Shown here: in pieces, positions 10,265-21,906 of the stretch
Layout of the letters: each line of letters opens with the position of its first letter
Numbering within the stretch: position 1 is the stretch's first letter
Assembly (NCBI GenBank): GCA_010093605.1
Contig: MU004193.1
Location: 310,001 to 341,960, forward strand
From: Lophium mytilinum
Lineage: Eukaryota
DNA length: 31,960 nt
Direction of reading: 5' to 3'
The notes under the pieces: generated by a model
What the model was told of the DNA's origin: nothing
The model's input: only the letters and a program-made list of their open reading frames with translations
Database searches by the model: none
Translations under genes and position numbers: made by a program

Positions 10265-10526
10265 TCTGTGTGACGGGGAGAGTTTAGATATGCGAGCCTG
10301 ATGACTTTCTAATGCCGGGATGCTTTGGACTCCCTAGAAGAACTAAGATCTCGCCGTTGTGAAAGCTCCCTATGCAGTAATTAGGAAATGTATTGTCTTG
10401 GTGTTGGTGAGAGGAAGCTAGCTGGGCCTGTAAGACGGAAGAATATACATGGAAGCTGCTGATTAAGCCACTACACAGGAAAGGGTCAACACCGTCTCAT
10501 GACCTCCATAGATTTTGGGCGAGCCT

Positions 10527-10588
10527 ACTCGTAGCCCCCCTTTTCACTCGTCGCAGCCCCCCTTTTCACTCCGTGTAGCCCCCCCTAC
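10527..10588. repeat. Three imperfect tandem copies of ACTC..G(T/C)AGCCCCCCTTTTC (19-22 bp)
   Basis: actcgtagccccccttttc / actcgtcgcagccccccttttc / actccgtgtagccccccctac read directly. Confidence 0.85.
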
Positions 10589-10740
10589 AATAGGTTTAGC
10601 GCCGGCCCGTATGAATGATGTTCCTCCAACCAAACTCACTTACTTAGCTCTAGATTGCCTTGCACGCCAAGCTCACCAGATATAGAGGTGGTTACGGGCT
10701 CATGCACGCTACTAGCTCGTGCACGGTTTCTTTTAACCGC

Positions 10741-11229
10741 AACACTAGATTTTAGCACTCTAATAGAATTAGCTAATATTTTAGTAGTAGATATTTCTAG
10801 GCTTATAATTTAGTAATTTTAAAGAATTATATAAAAATATCCATTCTCTATAAACTTATTAAAGATTTAATAAATTTATTTAAAAGTAGTATTTCTTTAA
10901 TATTAATATATAATATTAATAATATAAGAAAAAACTCTACTCTATAGCTTATTATATAGTATAAAAGCTATTAAAAACTTTTTATAAAATAATAGTAAAT
11001 AAAAGTATAGTAAAACTACTATATTTTATAAATACTATTTAAAACTACTTATTTATAGAATATTATAGTAGTCTTTAATCTAGAAAGCTATACTATACTT
11101 CTATAATATAAAGTAAAGTATATATTCTATATACTTAGATTAAAGAAGTAATTTATATTTCTTTAGTACTATTATATTATTATTAAAAGATTTTAGTTTT
11201 AATTAGGTTTATAGCTAAGAAAAAGGTTA
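10741..11229. repeat. Unclassified, extremely AT-rich RIP relic
   Basis: RIP-type composition; no recognisable TE protein motif found. Confidence 0.5.
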
Positions 11230-11436
11230 TATTACTATTAATAAGGTTGCGTAGAGAGAAGAGAGGCTCTAGCTATAGGCCTGCTACGTAGTAGAGTACA
11301 CGCCGGTAGAACTCTAGGCGCCGGTAGAACTCTAGATACTAGAAGAACCCTTAGTCTAGAGATTATATAATATCTATATATATAATAACCTCTAACCTTA
11401 ATAACTACTAAAAGAATACTAAGAAATAATATAATA
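11230..11436 (-). repeat. Probable 3' LTR of gypsy A (~207 bp)
   Basis: Follows purine tract AAAAAGAGAGGG (11452-11441, minus) and begins TATTATA (RIP form of TG..CA ends). Contains an 18-bp direct repeat CGCCGGTAGAACTCTAGR (11301-11336). No second copy in the window, so the distal end is approximate. Confidence 0.6.
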
Positions 11437-12493
11437 TATACCCTCTCTTTTTAAAAACTAAGCTTCTATAAGAACTTATAGAAAGACTTACTATTAAACT
11501 TATATATTAGATAGCTAATATAGGTATAGCTCTATATATAGATAGAGTATACTAATAAAATTATATAGATAGATATTCTTAGTTAAATTAATTCTACTAT
11601 CTAATAATAGCGTAGAATCTTAGGTTATACTAGACTATTATAATAATATAGTAATATTCTAGAGGTTTTATTATATAGGTAGAGTCTAGTTCTTTAGTTT
11701 AATAAAGTAAGTAGATAGTTTAGGTTTCTATAGGCTATAATAATAGAAGTTAAAAACTTTATAAAGGTAGCCTTTAAAGTTTCTAGATAGTTACTAGAAT
11801 CTATATAGTTATATACTACTAATATAATAAACTTTATACTATATATTATTATTCTTAACGCGTAAGTTAATAATTTAAGTAACTATAAACTCTTCTATAG
11901 ATTTATTATTATCTTTATACTAGATTAGCTCTAGTAGTAGTATAGATTCTAGCTAATTCTAGCCTTTAATAGGCTTAGAAGTATCTAGCTATAGTAAGAA
12001 AGAATAGAAGATATTATAGATCTTAGTATTAGATAGTAGGTCTAATTAGAAAGCTACGCCCTAATTAATAACCTTATTAACGCGGAAGGGGCCTATAAAC
12101 TTATTATTAAGCGCCTTCTTAGCGCGGTCTAGTTTAATATTTTTAGTATTAAGCTAGACTATATTATTAATATATATATCCGCTACTATATTATAATAAT
12201 AGTTAGCTTAGTAAGCCTATTTTTTCTAGGCCTATATAATATAGTTTTATAGATATACTTTAATATTCTTAAGGTATTAGGCTATATTATTAGATAGCTT
12301 ATATTTAATTTTCTTATTCTTAGATATTTTCTTATCTTTAACTATAAATAGCTCTAGTTCTAAGCGTAGAGTATATCTATAATTAGTAAAGAATAGTAAT
12401 AGTTCTATTATAGCTAAGATATAAGTATTAGCTACTAGTTCTATAGAGAGTAATAGGTTATACTAATTATTCTATATATAGTTAATATAGGCT
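11437..12493 (-). mobile_element. Gypsy A (chromovirus), integrase C-terminus and chromodomain relic
   Basis: RIP-reverted reading: 'YVNYMQNDW...SPFFANYG', 'VWLDTKNI...KFIGPFRV', 'IHNVFH', and chromodomain 'EEFIVTQIIDSR'. Confidence 0.85.
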
Positions 12494-12742
12494 TATTATA
12501 GTTATAGTATAGAGGAGCTTAGTAGTATAAGGTAACTAGATAGGTTAATTTTAAGAGGTTATATAAGAAGTAGAAAGAAAGGCTTCTAGAAAAAAACTAT
12601 ATATATAGAGGAGAGAGGCGCGTAGGCGCTAGGCGGGCTAGTATATAGGCGGCGCGAGGTAGTATAATAGGTATAGAGGTAGAAGGTAGAAGGCCGGTAA
12701 TAGGTAAATATATAACTAGAGAATAGGGCGTAATCTATTATA
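12494..12742 (-). repeat. 3' LTR of gypsy B
   Basis: Gap-free match to 20294-20542 (offset 7800); both ends TATTATA. Confidence 0.95.
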
Positions 12743-14906
12743 CTACCCCCCCGTTTAAGAACGCTAGTAGGAAAAGAAAAGAAAAGAAAAAGAGAAAAGA
12801 AAATAGTATTATAGGCCGTGTCGGGTTTAAATATAAGAGTGTAGTTATCTAGTGTAGTAAATTATATAGCATAGTTTAGCTAATTATTAGTTATATACTA
12901 ATATATAAGAAGCTAGTATACTTAAGGTATTACTTATAAGGGCTTTTCTATTATAATAGCTTAGCCTACTTTATATAGCTAAGGATTCTAATCTTATTAT
13001 AGTTATTATATATAAAGTTATAATAAACTATATAAGGCTATTATTAATTATAGTATATAGGTATAGTAAGGTAATTATATAAAGATAAGAATATAGCTTA
13101 GTATAGAGTAATTATAATTATAAATAGTTAGTAGTAAAATTATTAGTAGTATTATTATTATTAGCAAGGCGCGCGCGCTAATTATTATTAGGTTTAAAGT
13201 CTAGATAAGGACTATTAGCGTCTAGGTTAAGGTTGTAGAATTTACTAATAAGGTCTACGGCCTTAGGTATAAACTATTTCTATAGTTACTATTTCTATAG
13301 TGCAGTGTAGCCTTTATAAAGTTCTTTATATTTAAAGTAGTAGCGTCCTTTTAGTCCGCGGCCGCGCTAGCGGCTATTAATAATACGCGTAATTAGGTAT
13401 TATTTAATAGATTTAGAGGTAATAGAGTTAATTACCTAGATAGAAGGTAGCAGTAGCTAGCGTTAGCCTAGTAGTAGACGGGACCTATCTAGGTAGAGAA
13501 GGTATAGGTAGAAAATAGGGTATATTTAAAAGCCTTTAAGACTTATATTTATAAAGTTAAGTTAGAAGGCGTAACTATTATTAATAATCTTAGTAATATA
13601 GAAGGGGCCTAGGTTCTTATAGTTAAGTAATTTATTTAGTTGCATAGTTTTAACGTTTCGGGCGTTAAGCTATACCTAGTTATTAACTTAGAGCTTTAGC
13701 GGGGGATTATAGTACTAATTAGTATAGTCTACTTATTTAGTTTAGGCCTATATTATTATAGTCTTATATTTATTTAGAATATTCTTTATCTAGTTAATAT
13801 ATTTATTACCTTTAAGCTAATAGTAATAGATAGTAGCGTTAGTACTAAGAGCAGGCATAGGTAGAGGTTTAGGTGCGGTGTTATTTATTACACTAGGTAG
13901 AGGCTTAAGGCTAGAACGCGGGTAAAAACCCTTATTAATAAAGAATAGCGTTATTATAGTAGAAGTATTAACTTAGTTATTTACTAAGAATTCTCTAATA
14001 GGCAAGTAGTTAATCTAGTTATTCTAGCGGTAGTTAATAAATTGCCTAAGGTAGGCCTTTATAACGGCGTTTATATTTTCTATTTATCTATTAGTTTTAG
14101 GGTGGGCGGCTATAGAAATATTCTAATAGATACTAATACGCTTATAAATATATTTCTAAATATCTAAAATAAATTATAGGTTGCAATTACTAATAATAAT
14201 ACAGGGGAGGCTATAGAGGTAGTAGATCTTATAAAGAAAGGCGTTAATAATATTATAGATAGAGGTGCCGCTTATAGAAATATAGTAATATTCTTTACTT
14301 ACGCGGCAGATAATAATAAGAATCTTAGTATAGACTTAGCTATTATACTTATAGAGAGAAAGCTCTATAATAAAGTCTATAGTAATATTAGTCTAGCGCT
14401 ATTCTAGTATATTAAGTAAATATAGAAGACCTTATTTTTTATTATAGAAGGCCTTTAACCGTTTATAACTATAGTAGGCGCTAGTATAGTCTTTAACTAA
14501 ATTATATATACCTAGCTAGAAGTAGTAATATTAGATAAGTTTATATATACTATACTTTTCCGGGTATCTACTAATAGTAGTATTATAGGTAAGCTATAAG
14601 AGCTTAAAATATAAGTTATTATACGCAGGGATATATAACTAGCTGTAATAGTATAATTAATTACAATAGATTTTAAATTCTAAGATATCTAGATTACTAA
14701 TAATATTACGTAGAGATTAAGGGAGTGCGCGCTTACTATTATATATAAGGGTAATAAGTTTATAGAATATAGAGTTAAAAAGTAGTTTAGGTAGCTAGCT
14801 AGAGTAGCCTTTATTAAATAGATTAGTAAGTATACGTTATTAAACTAGATTAGGTTCTACATAAAGATTATTATTATTCTTAAAAGAGTTAACTATAAGA
14901 GAAGAA

Positions 14907-14948
14907 TTAGGGTTAGAGTTAGGGTTAGAGTTAGAGTTAGGGTTAGGG
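14907..14948 (+). repeat. Telomere-like hexamer tract, 4x TTAGGG + 3x TTAGAG, inside gypsy B pol
   Basis: ttaggg ttagag ttaggg ttagag ttagag ttaggg ttaggg read directly. Confidence 0.9.
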
Positions 14949-17900
14949 TTAATATTATTATTGCGCGCGTGGCTGCGCAGTATTGCAGGTGCAAGAAGAA
15001 ATTAAGAGTATATCTTTAATAGTAGTAACTCTATAGTTAGTAATAGGTCTAACTCTTTATAGTAAGGCACTAGCCTAATTAGATTTAGCGTGCGGCCTAG
15101 GCCGTTATTAGATAAGCTTAAGTTAATATTTAGTAAATGCGTTAGTGCAATACCTAGGCCTAAGTTATAAGATTTAAGGACTATTTAGTATTAAAATTAA
15201 TTGCGGGGATTATCTAAATTAGTAGAAAGGTCTTATAATCTTCTTATAAGGCTATCTAGTTTTCCTCTAAGAATACTAGGTTAATAGATAATCTTAAAGT
15301 TAAATCTAGTAAGAAACCTAGCCTAGCGGGCTTAGCAATAATTAAGATATTTAGTTAATATAAAATACTTAAAATTGCAGTAATCTATAAGTATATCTAT
15401 AGGGTTATCTAAATTAGTACTTACTAGTTTAGGGCGCTATTTCTTAAAGGCTTTAACTATAGTAAGTAGTTTCTTATTATAGATTTTATAGTTACATTCC
15501 TAAGGGCTTATTTTAGATAAGAAGAAGGCGATAGGGTAGAGTAGACCGTCCTCTCCTATCTAAGATATAACGCCGGTAATAACGTAGTTAGAAGCGTCTA
15601 TTTTAATGTAGACCTTCTTACTATATTAAAAGTAGCGTAGAATAAATGCAGTAGTAAACGCTATTTTAAGTGCTTAGAATACTTATTTATATTCTCTATT
15701 CTAGATAAATTAAGCTTTAAGCTTTATCTTCTTTCTATCTATTAATTTTATTATAGATATAAGTAGTAATACTATCTAGAAGAATATATATATAAAATAT
15801 TAGTAGAAATTAGTAAATTCTATAAAGGCTTATACATCGCGTAGGCATATAGAAGTCTTTTAATTAATAATAGCGGTAACCTTATCTATATTTATATAGA
15901 CGCCCCCTATTATAATAATAAGGCCTAAGTATTTAATCTTAGTCTTATTAAATTTGTATTTAGTAAAGTTATAGTTAAGGCTAGCTTTATTAAGCCTTTC
16001 TAGTATCTTTATAATAGGCTCTTTATATTCTTTCTTAGTACTATTTATATAGACTAGAACGTTATCTATATAGGCTAAATAGAAATTATCTAGGTAGTTA
16101 TATAGTATCTAATTAATAAAGAATTAGAATTATCTAGAGCCTTCTATAACGCTAAAAAGTATAATAATAGATTTATACTGTCCCTATTATATAGAGAAGG
16201 CTATAAGATCTATATCTTCTTCCCGCATTTAAATTTAATTAAACGTGGAAATAACATCTAGTTTAGAATACTATTTAGCGTTACTAAGCTTTTAGAGTAT
16301 TTCTTAGATAAGTAGTAGTAGGTATCTTATCTTAACTATTATAGCGTTAACAGCCCTATAATTAATGCAGAAATAAACGCCCCCTCTAGGCTTCTAGATA
16401 AGAAGTATAGGAGAGAATATAGAGAATTATAACTTATAGATAAACCCTTTATTAAGGTTATTATTAATCTATTTCTTTATAACTTTAAGTTCTTTCTTTA
16501 ATATAGCGTAGGGCCGGGCCTTAGGCAGTCTACCGGCTCCTTCTATTAGATTAATTTTGTAATTAATTCCGGGTTAGTATAGTAGAAGTATATTAGCCTC
16601 TACTTAGTTAAATATATAAATATAGCGGCGTAGCCGTTTTAAAAGCTATTATTCTATCTCTTCTTAGAAGAGGTGCTTTTTAGTATACATAAACTTATTA
16701 ATATCTTTAGCTAATATTTTACGCGCTTTAAGCGGAATATTATTACCTATATAAAATGCAATAACCTAAAGTCTATTACAGGTAATAATAAAGTCTTTAT
16801 TTTTATTTTCTAATACTTTAAGAATGTATTATAGAATTTATTTAAGTTTCTATTCTTTTTACTTAGAAATAGACGCTATGCGTATATAGGCGTCTGCACT
16901 AGTAGGTCTCTAATTAGTAGCGTTATAATTAGCGTATTTATTTAGTATATTTTTAGGGCGTATACTATTAGCCTATATAGTAATAGAATTATAGTTAAAA
17001 TAGTATATGCAATTCTAGTAGGGCTCGCAGTAAGATTATATAAAGTCTAGGCGTTCTACTTTCTAGTTAATAGCTAGATTATATTCCTAGAGCTAGTTAA
17101 GGCCTATAATAATATTATAGTCTTCTAGATTAGTAATATAAGCCTAGTAGCGGCTCTAATAGCTATTTATATCTATACTAAGGAGGGCTTTATATATTAC
17201 TTTTTAGGTAATAGCTAATCTATTAGCTAGTTTAAGAACTTAGGCTTTCTTAAGGGGTTTTAAAGGTAAATTTACTAGGTACGCGAACTTAGTACTAGTA
17301 AATAAATTAGTGGCTCTATAATTAAGATAAGAATTAATTTTTATTATTTCTATAGGTTATTCTTTCTTATAGGTTTATACTATTGCTAAAAGAACTATAT
17401 TATTTACCTACTTAATGTTAAATTCTCTATCTTTATTTTAAAATAGTTTCTATTAAGCTTTACTAAGAGAGGCTGCTAAAATAATAAGCCGTCTATACTA
17501 AAGATTCTATATAACTAAGTTCTTATTATATTATAGACCGCAACTATAGTCTATAACCTTACTTTTCCCTTAAAACCCTTACCTTTAGAGTAATTAAAGC
17601 CGCGTTTATTATTAAGGGTTTTATAGTTATTAAAACTATTATTATTATTCTTATCTAAGAGTTCTTTAACGCGGGCGGCATAATTATTAAGGCGGGGTGC
17701 TAAGAATAAATCTATCTAATAAGTAGTAAAGCCTAGTTTATTAAGTTAGTTTATAGAATAGTATAGGTTTCGCGTAAAGTACTTTAGAAGATAGTAGTAG
17801 AAGTATTTACTATCTTTTATAAGCGCTTCTCTATCGCCTTTATAAAGCTTATTAGGGGGTACCTAGTTAAAAAAAGGGGTAATCTTAATATTATCTTAGG

Positions 17901-20293
17901 CTATAGAGATAGTAGCTACAATTAAAGAGCGTAGAGTATAGGTGCGGTCGCGATTATAATTATAGTTATAATAATTACTATCGCGGTAATTATAGTTATT
18001 ATAGTTACAACTATTATAATTAAAGTCTTAGAGCTAGTTATAGTTAAAGTTTCTAAAGCTATAGTTATTAGGTTGCGCGTTTTTATTAATACTATTATTG
18101 CGGAGCTATTTACGTGCAGCGTTAATATACTATAGGCTAGTAGTAAAGCCTTTACCTAAAATAGCGCTAGTAATAATATCTAGGCGGAGTTTCTACTTAA
18201 GGTTATAGACGTTATTATAGCCTCTATAGCCTAGAAGGTAGATTATATATAATTTTATTAGTTTCTATATATAGTTAGGTATTATACTATTTATCTAGAT
18301 AAGCTTATAAAGCTTATTCTTAGTAGTACTAATTTTATTAGAATTATTATATTAGAAGTCTAAGAATGTAATAGCTTTCTAGATAGTAAGAAATAGTTAA
18401 TAGCTATCTTACTAGGCGCGGAAGCCCTTAAGGGGTATACCTATAAGATACTTACTAAAGTAGATAAGGTATAAGGGTTTACTAGATCTTATAGCGTAGC
18501 TACTATAGTTAACTTTATTTAGGAATCTATAATAGAACTTAGAGTACTTATTCTTATTACCTCTAAACTTATCTAGATGCGGCTAGAACTTATCTTCTAT
18601 ATAGGGGACTCTATTTAGAGTAATACTAAGGTTTTAATAATCTTTAGATATCTTAATATAGAGGTCTTAGTAATAGTAATAGGGATAGCTTACATTTTAT
18701 AAATATAAGTGTAAGTATAAGTATAAGTATTAATAAAAGTAATACTTATAGGAGCGGTTATAATAATAAGATAGGCTACGCGTATAGTTACGGCGATAAG
18801 GGGGGCTTCTATTATTAGAGGAGAATAGACTAGAGTTATAGTAACCGCGTATATACTCTATAGTATAATAAGCTTAATTATTATTACTTATATATTTTAT
18901 AGTGTAGTAAGGTTAATTAGTATTATAGCCTACTAAGGGGCTATTATTAGCTTAAGCTTCTTCTAATTTAATTACTCTATTAAGAGAGGCTAGTAGATCT
19001 TTAGCTGCTGCAGTAATAGGGTTAACAGGTAGTAGAGGTATAATAGAATAGGCTAGATAGGGCACTACTAGGAGTATTAGTATAGGGGGGCCTTATATAG
19101 TTAGCGCAGTTATAAGAGTGCGCTAAAGAGTCTATAGTATTTTAATCTTATTTTCTAGAGTAGTAAGGCGCGTATTATATTTATACTTATTCTTAGCTAT
19201 CTAAGTAAGGTTAGCTATAAGGTATTTAATAATTTTTCCTTGCTCTATAGACTACTTATTAGCTTAGATATAGTTTTTTTACTAGGCTTTAATATCTACT
19301 TTAAGAGAAGCAATTATCTCTTTATAAGTATAGAGTTTATTTTTATATTCTTCTAGTTTAGTTTTAATATTAAGTAGGCGTTTAAGTTTCTTATACGCGG
19401 CCTTTAACTTATTATTCTTCTTATTATATTTCTTCTTAAGAACTCTAATCTTGTTCTAGAGGTTGCGCTATACTTTCTAGTTATTCTTGCGTGTTTACTA
19501 GAGGATTTTAGTTATAGCTTAATAGCTTCTAAGAATATAGAAGAAGTAAATAGAGTTAGCTTAGACTTATATAAGAAAGTTCTAAGAGTCTATAATCTTA
19601 ATTAAGCTATTAAACTATTTATTACCGGGCAGAAGTAAATAGTCTAGAAACTTAGTAACATTATTAATAGAGTTAAAAAACGTGCCTAGGTTACAGCTAT
19701 AGCTAGAAGTATAGTACTTAATAATAGAGCTATAGATTATTAGGTCTAGAGTATATATAGAGTTATTAATATAATTATCTTTAGTAGCGTCTTTATCTTA
19801 GGTAAACTAATTCTCTTTCTCTTAGGTTAGCTAATAGGTTAGCTAAGTATCTACGCGCACTATTTAGGTAGACTACTAAGTATCTATGCATACTATTTAC
19901 ATAGACTACTAGGTATCTTCTTTAGTTAGCTTTTAGAGTAGCGCGCTCTTTAAAGTCTTATAAGAAGACTTAGAGGGCGCGTAGAACTATAAATAAAATA
20001 GTAGTAGAAAGTAGAAGAATAGTTATAAACTACTATACCTAGAGCGCCTAGGTTCTATTCTAGTGCCTAGTAGAGGCGGTAGATTACTTATTATAGAGAA
20101 TATAGTAATAGCACTTAGTAAGGTAAAGTAGTAAGGCTATATGCCCTTTAGTATTATATATATAGTTTATATAGATATACTTACTAAGCTATTAAGTAGC
20201 TTAGTAAATAAGGATTAAGGTTTAAGGTATAAGGATTAAAGTAGTAATAGTAAAAAAGAATTAGTGCTAGTTAGAATATTAAATATAACCTAA

Positions 20294-20542
20294 TATTATA
20301 GTTACGGTATAGAGAAGCTTAGTAGTATAAGGTAACTAGGTAGGTTAATTTTAAGAGGTTATATAAGAAGTAGAAAGAGAGGCTTCTAAAAAGAAACTAT
20401 ATATATAGAGGAGAGAGGCGCGTAGGCACTAGGCGGGCTAGCGCGTAGGCGGCGCGAAGTAATGTAATAGGTATAGAGGTAGAAGGTAGAAGGCTAGTAA
20501 CGGGTAAATATATAACTAGAGAACAGGGTATAATTTATTATA
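20294..20542 (-). repeat. 5' LTR of gypsy B
   Basis: Direct repeat of 12494-12742; the differences I could see are C/T or G/A transitions. Confidence 0.95.
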
Positions 20543-21180
20543 GGCTTATAGGTACTTTTTTATATTAGTATTAGTAATTTCTATCTAACTATCTATTTCT
20601 AGGTAGAAAGTAGTAGATATATTAAGTAATAATTATAACTAATAGTAGAGGTATTACTAGAACTTAGAGGTAAACTATATTTCTAGATTACTAGTAATAG
20701 ATAAGGAAAGTTTATAGAGTTAATAGATCTATTAGAAATAAACCTTAGTAAGCTTATCTACTTCTAGAAAAGTAATAGTAAGAAAGTAATATTTCTTTAA
20801 AAGTCTATTAATTATAACTAGTATATAATAATACTTGCGCCTATAATATTTATAGATAGATAGGTTAACTATATAGTCTATAGTAATATTACGCTAGTAG
20901 TAGAGAGAAATAGGTAAGAGGTATAGAAAGCCTTACTTAATAAAGTTAGATAGCTTAATATTATAATAGTAATAGTAGGCGTTAATATATATTATAATTA
21001 ATTTAGTAAACCTAGGCTAGTAGTAGCTAGAATAAATCTATTATAGATAGTTTATATAGCCTCTATAACCTACACTAGTATAATTATAACTAAGCTATAA
21101 GATTCTTAGCTAGAGGGCGGCTAATTATAGTATAAATAGTTATTAAGAGTTCTTATAAAGAACCTATAGTTTATTATTAG
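20543..21180 (-). mobile_element. Gypsy A, integrase zinc finger and catalytic core (upstream half)
   Basis: RIP-reverted: 'LSHDHTSVGHRG...YYWP...C..C', 'WRDITMDYIVDLP', 'IDRLSK', 'ITSDRG.QFTSEFW', 'STAFHPETDGQTE..N..MEKYLQA', continuing in frame as 'YVNY' at 12489. Confidence 0.9.
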
Positions 21181-21848
21181 TATTATAGTATAAACCTAAA
21201 ATTCTAATAATTATATACTAAGGTTACGTGCCGCCCCTTATATAACCTAAGTAAGACGCGCTAGGCTGCAGCCTATGCGCCGGCCTTAAACTATAACCTC
21301 TTAAGAGCTTCTAGCTTTCTTTCTTCTTCTTAGCTTAGATTTTTATAATAGTTAATATATTTTATTACTTATATTATATTAGCCCTCTATATAATCTAAG
21401 CTTACTCTTCTATACTTAGAATTTTATTAATTTTTTCTAGAACTCTATTATAAAATCTAGGCGTTTTCTACTAAAACTAATTAAATATCTACCTACTAGC
21501 CTAGCTATATAGCTACGCGCGGCATCTAAATTTAACCTAGTAGATTATAATTTAGCACCGCCTTCTTTAAATAAGCTAGTTAATCTAATAGCTTAGCTTT
21601 AAGATAATCTAAAGACTCTAGATACTATAAGTAGCGCTAATCTAAATACTTTAGAATATACTTCTATAACTCTATTAACCGCTAGTAATAAGAAAGCCCG
21701 CTATACTACGCGCCTTGCGCGCTTTTAAGGCGCAGTAAAAGGCTCTTCTATTCTAGCTATTATTTCTAGCTTCTAGTATAAAACTAGAGAACTAATTCTA
21801 AATATTTAAAAAGAGATTTAAGCCTTCTTATAAACTATAGATAATACT

Positions 21849-21906
21849 TAGCGCGCTAATACCTAGCGCGCTAACGCCTAGCGCCCTAATACCTAGCGCC
21901 CTAAAT
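21849..21906 (+). repeat. 15-bp tandem repeat x4 (TAGCGCSCTAAYRCC) in gypsy C gag region
   Basis: tagcgcgctaatacc tagcgcgctaacgcc tagcgccctaatacc tagcgccctaaat read directly; the unit is 5 codons. Confidence 0.85.

Larger units (their letters stand above)
6937..10740. other. RIP-free, GC-balanced gene island within an AT-rich TE block
   Basis: CpA/TpG dinucleotides are plentiful here and every ORF in the six-frame track lies in this interval. Composition switches sharply at both edges. Confidence 0.95.
12494..20542 (-). mobile_element. Gypsy B: full-length (8,049 bp) RIP-inactivated Ty3/gypsy chromovirus nested in gypsy A integrase
   Basis: Two 249-bp LTRs; GGCT duplication at 12490-12493 and 20543-20546; G-rich PPT at ~12743-12752. 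Gag zinc knuckle ~17810-17765, protease 'YLDCGAT' ~17330-17310, RT 'CINYRAVNA...KLDVISTFN...LAYIDNVLV' ~16370-16050, RNase H 'DASDY...NYEIYDKELLAIV' ~15605-15455, integrase ~14650-13500. Confidence 0.96.

Noticed and set aside
10527..10588. CRISPR-like array
   Set aside because: Eukaryotic context, no unique spacers, no cas genes.
14907..14948. True telomere or chromosome-fusion scar
   Set aside because: Only 7 mixed units, embedded in an otherwise continuous pol relic.
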